DNA of 61,008 nt, the filler included, from Acidimicrobiia bacterium (GTDB taxonomy: Bacteria > Actinomycetota > Acidimicrobiia > Spongiisociales > JAHEDJ01): the NCBI GenBank assembly GCA_029210695.1. It is 4 parts of 4 records of this genome, joined end to end, with 100 filler letters (N's around TTAATTAATTAA, not from the genome) between each part and the next. Parts side by side here need not be neighbours in the genome. Positions count along the whole stretch, not along the records: positions 46,799 to 61,008 come from JARGFH010000077.1; 3 more parts are not named here. The stretch is one strand, 5' to 3'. Shown piece after piece: positions 58,880-61,008 of the stretch; position 1 is the first letter of the stretch; each line of letters opens with the position of its first letter. The notes beneath the pieces were generated by a model that was not told where the DNA came from, made no database searches, and saw only the letters and a list, made by a program, of their open reading frames with translations. The translations under genes and the position numbers were made by a program.

Positions 58880-59326
58880 ATGGCCCTCGATGAACTCTAC
58901 CGCGAAGTCATACTCGATCATTACCGGAACCCACGGAACCGGAAACCGATCGACTCTCCAGATGCCCATGCAGACGGGCACAATCCGCTGTGCGGCGACG
59001 AGATCTCTCTGGATCTGTCATTCGAGAACGACACGGTTGCGGAGGTGTCGATCGTCGGTCGCGGCTGCTCAATCAGCCAGTCGTCGGCGTCGATGATGTC
59101 AGACGCGATCAAGGGCAAGACCCGCTCCGAAATCGCAGCATTGACCGCCCGGTTCAAGGCGATGATGGACATCGACGCCGAAGGCGATGCCGGCCTCGAC
59201 CCGGACCGGCCCGGCGCGACGCTCGGCGATCTCGAAGCGCTGCAGGGTGTCCGGAAGTTCCCGGTGCGCATCAAATGCGCCAACCTGGCCTGGACGACCC
59301 TCGAAGAGGCGCTCCAGGGCTCGTAG
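58880..59326 (+). CDS. sufU: SUF system sulfur-transfer protein (NifU-like)
   Basis: LYREVILDH, NPLCGD, GCSISQSS, RIKCA. Confidence 0.95.
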   Translation: MALDELYREVILDHYRNPRNRKPIDSPDAHADGHNPLCGDEISLDLSFENDTVAEVSIVGRGCSISQSSASMMSDAIKGKTRSEIAALTARFKAMMDIDAEGDAGLDPDRPGATLGDLEALQGVRKFPVRIKCANLAWTTLEEALQGS

Positions 59327-59531
59327 GTCCTCGATTCTCCGAGGCGCGGTGCTCGCCGTGCTCCTGCATATCGGGTTTCGCTCAACCCGGCCGCGACGCA
59401 CGCAAGAGCTGCGGCACAGAGGGCGGCGAAAAGAATTATTCCGCCCTTAACCGTTCATTGGTAAGGCATTAGGCACGGTCGACCGATACTCATTTCGGGT
59501 TGGAACCGAGTCGAATCGAGGGACGAGCACA

Positions 59532-60933
59532 ATGAAAGCTCGAGCGGCAGCGTTGTTTACGCTGGTGGGGATCCTGGCCGCTGCAATTGTCTTCGTGCTG
59601 GGCGACGGTGCGGACGCCAAACCGCAACCCGGGTTCCTTCCAGCATTCGAGGACACCTACCCGGCCGCCATCGGGAGCCGTATCGACTCGTGCGTGCTTT
59701 GCCACAACATCGTTGGAGACGAGTACAAGCTCAACGACTATGCCAAGCAGTGGAAAGAAGATGAGAACTTCACGGCGATCAACAACCTCGATGCAGACGA
59801 CGACGGGTACACGAACATCGTCGAGATAAACGCCCATACCTTCCCCGGCAACGCGGCCGACAACCCGTCAACAGTCACCACCACCACCACGGTCCCCGGT
59901 GCTACCACCACAACCGCCGCCCCCGGTAGCGGCGGCGCCATCTACCAGGCCAACTGCGCAAGTTGCCACGGAGGCAACGGAGGAAATCTCCTCGGTCGCA
60001 GTCTCACCCTCAGCCGGATCACATCCGTCGTCACCAGCGGGACCTCCGGCATGCCGGGCTTTTCGGGTTCGTTGAGTTCCGGAGAGATTCAGACCGTTTC
60101 CCAGTGGCTGTTCGACTTGAACTCTGCGCCCACCACGACCACCACGACCGCCCCCGGGACACCTCCTCCTCCGCCTCCCAACGGGTCCGCTCTCTTCGCC
60201 ACATCGTGTGCAGGATGCCATGGCTCCGGCGGCGGCGATCTGGCGGGAACCACCCTGTCGCGCACCCAGCTGGTGAACACCATCACCAACGGAACTACCG
60301 GCGGCATGCCGCCGTACAGTTCGACTTACAACGCCACTCAGATCGGCGCGATCGCCGATTACATCCTTTCGCTCACACCCCCGGCTACTACGACCACCAC
60401 CACTCTCCCGGGAACTCCGCCCCCGTCACCGCCCAGCGGAGCAACCGTCTACACCAACAACTGCGCGGCCTGCCACGGCGCAAACGGCGGCAACCTGGTC
60501 GGACGCACCATCACCTCCAGCCAGATCGCCACCGCCGTCAACAACGGCACCACCGGCATGCCCGGCTTCTCCACCAAACTCTCCAAGGCAGAGATCGACG
60601 CCGTCATCTCCTACGTCGCCGGAAAGACCTCATCCACTACAACCACCACCGCCCCCGGGTCGCCACCACCGAGCGGGTCCAGCGTCTTCTCGACGAACTG
60701 CGCCGCCTGTCACGGCGCCTCCGGCGGAGATCTCGTGGGTCATTCGCTGACCGACACGCAGCTGTCTTCGGCGGTAGTTGACGGCAAAGGCGCATCCATG
60801 CCGGCCTTTGGGTCTCGACTCGATTCCGCACAGATCAATGCCGTCGTCGCCTACCTGTCAGCGCTCCGGAGTGGCTCCTCCACCCCCGCCGGGCTTGTTG
60901 GTGGCGTCGACGGTACCTCTCTCTACGTCAAGT
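59532..60933 (+). pseudogene. Secreted multi-domain cytochrome c (5 CxxCH) truncated by ISL3
   Basis: Signal peptide; CVLCH, CASCH, CAGCH, CAACH, CAACH; Thr/Pro linkers; IS end interrupts the start of a further domain (GTSLYVK). Confidence 0.8.
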
Positions 60934-61008
60934 GGCTCATCGGATTTCAGCGGGGTGTGATGGTGGCGAGTAGATTCCAGTTGGGTTTTCCGGCGTAGAG
61001 GAGGGCTC
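60934..61008 (-). mobile_element. ISL3-family right end with transposase C-terminus (stop 60947)
   Basis: Minus frame ...ALLYAGKPNWNLLATITPR*; TIR GGCTCATCGGATTTCAGCGGGGTGTG. Confidence 0.85.

Overview
High-GC actinobacterial DNA, most likely Acidimicrobiia (inferred from ask-asd, GerMN/Gmad2, F420-LLM and many Thr-rich secreted proteins). The window is four contigs joined by artificial 100-bp N/TTAATTAATTAA linkers (1-16070, 16171-31449, 31550-46698, 46799-61008), so adjacency across linkers is meaningless. Every contig end carries an apparent IS fragment (ISL3, IS630, and less certain IS1182-, IS481- and IS110-like ends). Contig 1 holds an uncharacterised catabolic cluster (amidohydrolase, ADH, beta-hydroxyacid dehydrogenase, atypical M24 hydrolase, E1 alpha/beta, OsmC, cupin, TauE, ALDH) followed by housekeeping genes; the cupin may have a recoded UGA followed by a SECIS-like hairpin. 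Contig 2 has a molybdopterin oxidoreductase with a TorD-like chaperone and a DUF4129-DUF4350-MoxR-DUF58 operon split by ABC transporter genes. Contig 3 looks like an integrative mobile island: Tad/Flp pilus genes, a LysM-TM-SARP/BTAD receptor, a defence-like DUF3644 / OB-like / DUF488 trio and an ArdC-DnaG fusion. Inserted into the tad genes is a three-gene element (tyrosine integrase, Xre HTH, and a poly-CxxC degenerate integrase) with a YkvA cargo gene and inverted terminal motifs; this is the strongest candidate for an undescribed system. Contig 4 holds an isobutyryl-CoA mutase-like gene, envelope genes, sufCSU and a beads-on-a-string multi-domain cytochrome c cut by ISL3. All family assignments are from motif recognition by eye; no searches were run.
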